A stretch of 63,249 nucleotides of DNA, counting the filler, from Octopus bimaculoides (Eukaryota): NCBI RefSeq assembly GCF_001194135.2. It is 6 parts of 5 records of this genome, joined end to end, with 100 filler letters (N's around TTAATTAATTAA, not from the genome) between each part and the next. Parts side by side here need not be neighbours in the genome. Positions count along the whole stretch, not along the records: positions 61,457 to 63,249 come from NW_026355000.1; 5 more parts are not named here. The stretch is one strand, 5' to 3'. The position numbers and the translations under genes are program-made. The notes beneath the pieces were generated by a model. It did not search any database. It had not been told where the DNA came from and saw only the letters and a list, made by a program, of their open reading frames with translations. This document shows positions 61,716 through 63,249 of the stretch, in pieces (positions within the stretch are counted from its first letter, which is position 1; every line of letters starts with the position of its first letter).

Positions 61716-62908
61716 GCAGCACTTAACTTCGCCCTTCGTTCGACATGCTAAGAGAGACTTTTGGCTGCAAGAAAGGCTATGCCGCCTTTATCTGATCTTC
61801 CTTTCTAATCAGCACCATGTCTACCTTACTCTTTCCCTCTCTACTGACAGACAACCTTTTCCTACTTATTAACTACTAACCAGCGAGACATCGTTGTGGT
61901 CACTATCACTAGAATTGCTACTGTCTCTGTAACAATCTGTTGGGTAAACGAATGAATAAATGTAGATAACATTTCTTCCTTCTTGGAGTTAATTCTTCGA
62001 TGTTCACTGGTTACTCTGACGTGAGAACCTTGAAGCGTTACATCTTTACGCTACATTTAGTAGTGGGCTACCTCATACTGATTGATATGGTACATGAAAT
62101 CTAGCCTACTACATTTGTTGACCCCGTCAAAGAATCTCAGCCTTCACATCACTTGCCAATGAATTAGAACTGGAAAATCCCTGTGATTAATCGGCACATA
62201 ATGGCTCACCCAGAGCACAACCCAACAGCGAACACATCCACGGTCGACATGTCATTACAGGCGGTGATTACATTGAGGGTTTCCTCATTTTGGATGCATG
62301 ACCCTGCGTGATGGTTTCACCATATAGAGGCCTAATTTTCTTCCAACTAAATAGTGAGCAATGTGTCTCAACTTCCGCTTGTGATCGGTTCCCTATCGCC
62401 AGAGATCATGAACAGGGTCCGTGATCTCATTATGGCACCACCCGTTTCTGTGTCATATGACAACTTTCAAAACCACCCTAATTACCAGAACTTCAGAATC
62501 CCAACAAAAGCGACACCAGAACAATTGGACAATAGAACGCCTTCCCAGCTTCTATGAGAAATGAAGCAGCTTCTTGGAGATGATATCCTCCCTGAAAAGG
62601 TTTTTAAGCAGCTTTTTCTCCATTTTCTGCCCTCAAACACACAGGTGGTCCTCGCTTCCACATGAGAATCCTCTTCCATTGAGGAACTGACTCTGCTAGC
62701 TGACGAAATAGCCAAGGTACCACATAGATATTCAACAGCATCAACGTTGACACCAGCCATTCCCCCTACAAATCCTTTCCTTTCTGCGACCAGTTCTTCC
62801 GAAATTTCAGACTCGTGCTCATTGATGACGCAGCAGGCAGCACAGATACAGACCCTGACTACACAGATACAGGCCCTATCGCTTGGTACACCATGTCAAA
62901 GTGTATAT
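61457..62908 (+). mobile_element. Gypsy LTR retrotransposon 5' part (LTR, PBS, degenerate gag), CsRn1-like
   Basis: AATAAA at about 61956; LTR ends ...CTACTACA at 62113; PBS-like TTGTTGACCCCG resembles the tRNA-Trp PBS TGGTGACCCCG. gag reads FWMHDPA*WF..., VRDLIMAPP..SY, LDNRTPSQLL*EMKQLLG...LFLHFLP. Confidence 0.75.
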
Positions 62909-62909
62909 A

Positions 62910-63185
62910 CAGGGTACAGTGCTTATATTGTCATCTAAATTGCACAAAAAATGAAAATAACGCAGACATCTCAATTTAACAGATATATCTACCAAAAATT
63001 ACATAAAATATCTTGAAATACTAAAGAGTAAATTTATTCAATAAAATCGCCATTGGCTTCAACCATTGCCTCCAGACGACTTCAGAATCTCCTACGACTC
63101 ATCTGGATGGTCTCCTTGTTTGAGTTGGTGAATGCTGCCATAATCCTTGCATTCAGTTCATCTTTAGTGTTACAAGGAGTTTCGT
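62910..63185 (-). mobile_element. Tc1/mariner (maT-like) 3' end inserted in the gag region
   Basis: TA|CAGGG terminus. - strand TPCNTKDELNARIMAAFTN...RRF*SRLEAMVEANGDFIE*. Confidence 0.75.
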
Positions 63186-63249
63186 AAGGGGGACTGGAGC
63201 AAAGTGAAATGAAGTGTTTTGCTCAAGAATACAACACACTACCCAGTCA

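Larger units (their letters stand above)
1..63249. repeat. Pervasive microsatellites: (TA)n, (CA)n, (TATG)n, (GATA)n, (TAA)n, (CAT)n, (GA)n, (TATTA)n
   Basis: Read directly. Most N gaps start or end in such tracts. Confidence 0.98.

Overview
AT-rich, microsatellite-dense eukaryotic draft-assembly DNA with many N gaps. The SINE and LINE content looks like a cephalopod, probably Octopus (inferred from repeat recognition, not from a search). Most of the window is intron or intergenic sequence filled with mobile elements: several tRNA-derived SINE families, LINE fragments (R4/Dong-like, CR1/L2-like, RTE-like), Penelope-type tails with a degenerate hammerhead motif, mariner/Tc1 remnants, a hAT transposase remnant, Helitron ends and a Gypsy LTR fragment. 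There is also a Merlin (IS1595-like) set: two palindromic MITEs with 8-bp TSDs and a dead transposase. Almost every ORF in the supplied track is an artefact of microsatellites or N runs. Reading splice sites by hand gives a phase-consistent + strand exon chain (9468-18890) that the ORF track cannot assemble. It encodes a signal peptide, an 8-cysteine WSC-like carbohydrate-binding domain and the start of a stalk. This is the best candidate for a real gene, and it needs RNA-seq confirmation. Five 44N-TTAATTAATTAA-44N blocks are scaffolding linkers, so order across them is provisional. There is no CRISPR array, rRNA gene or true tRNA gene.
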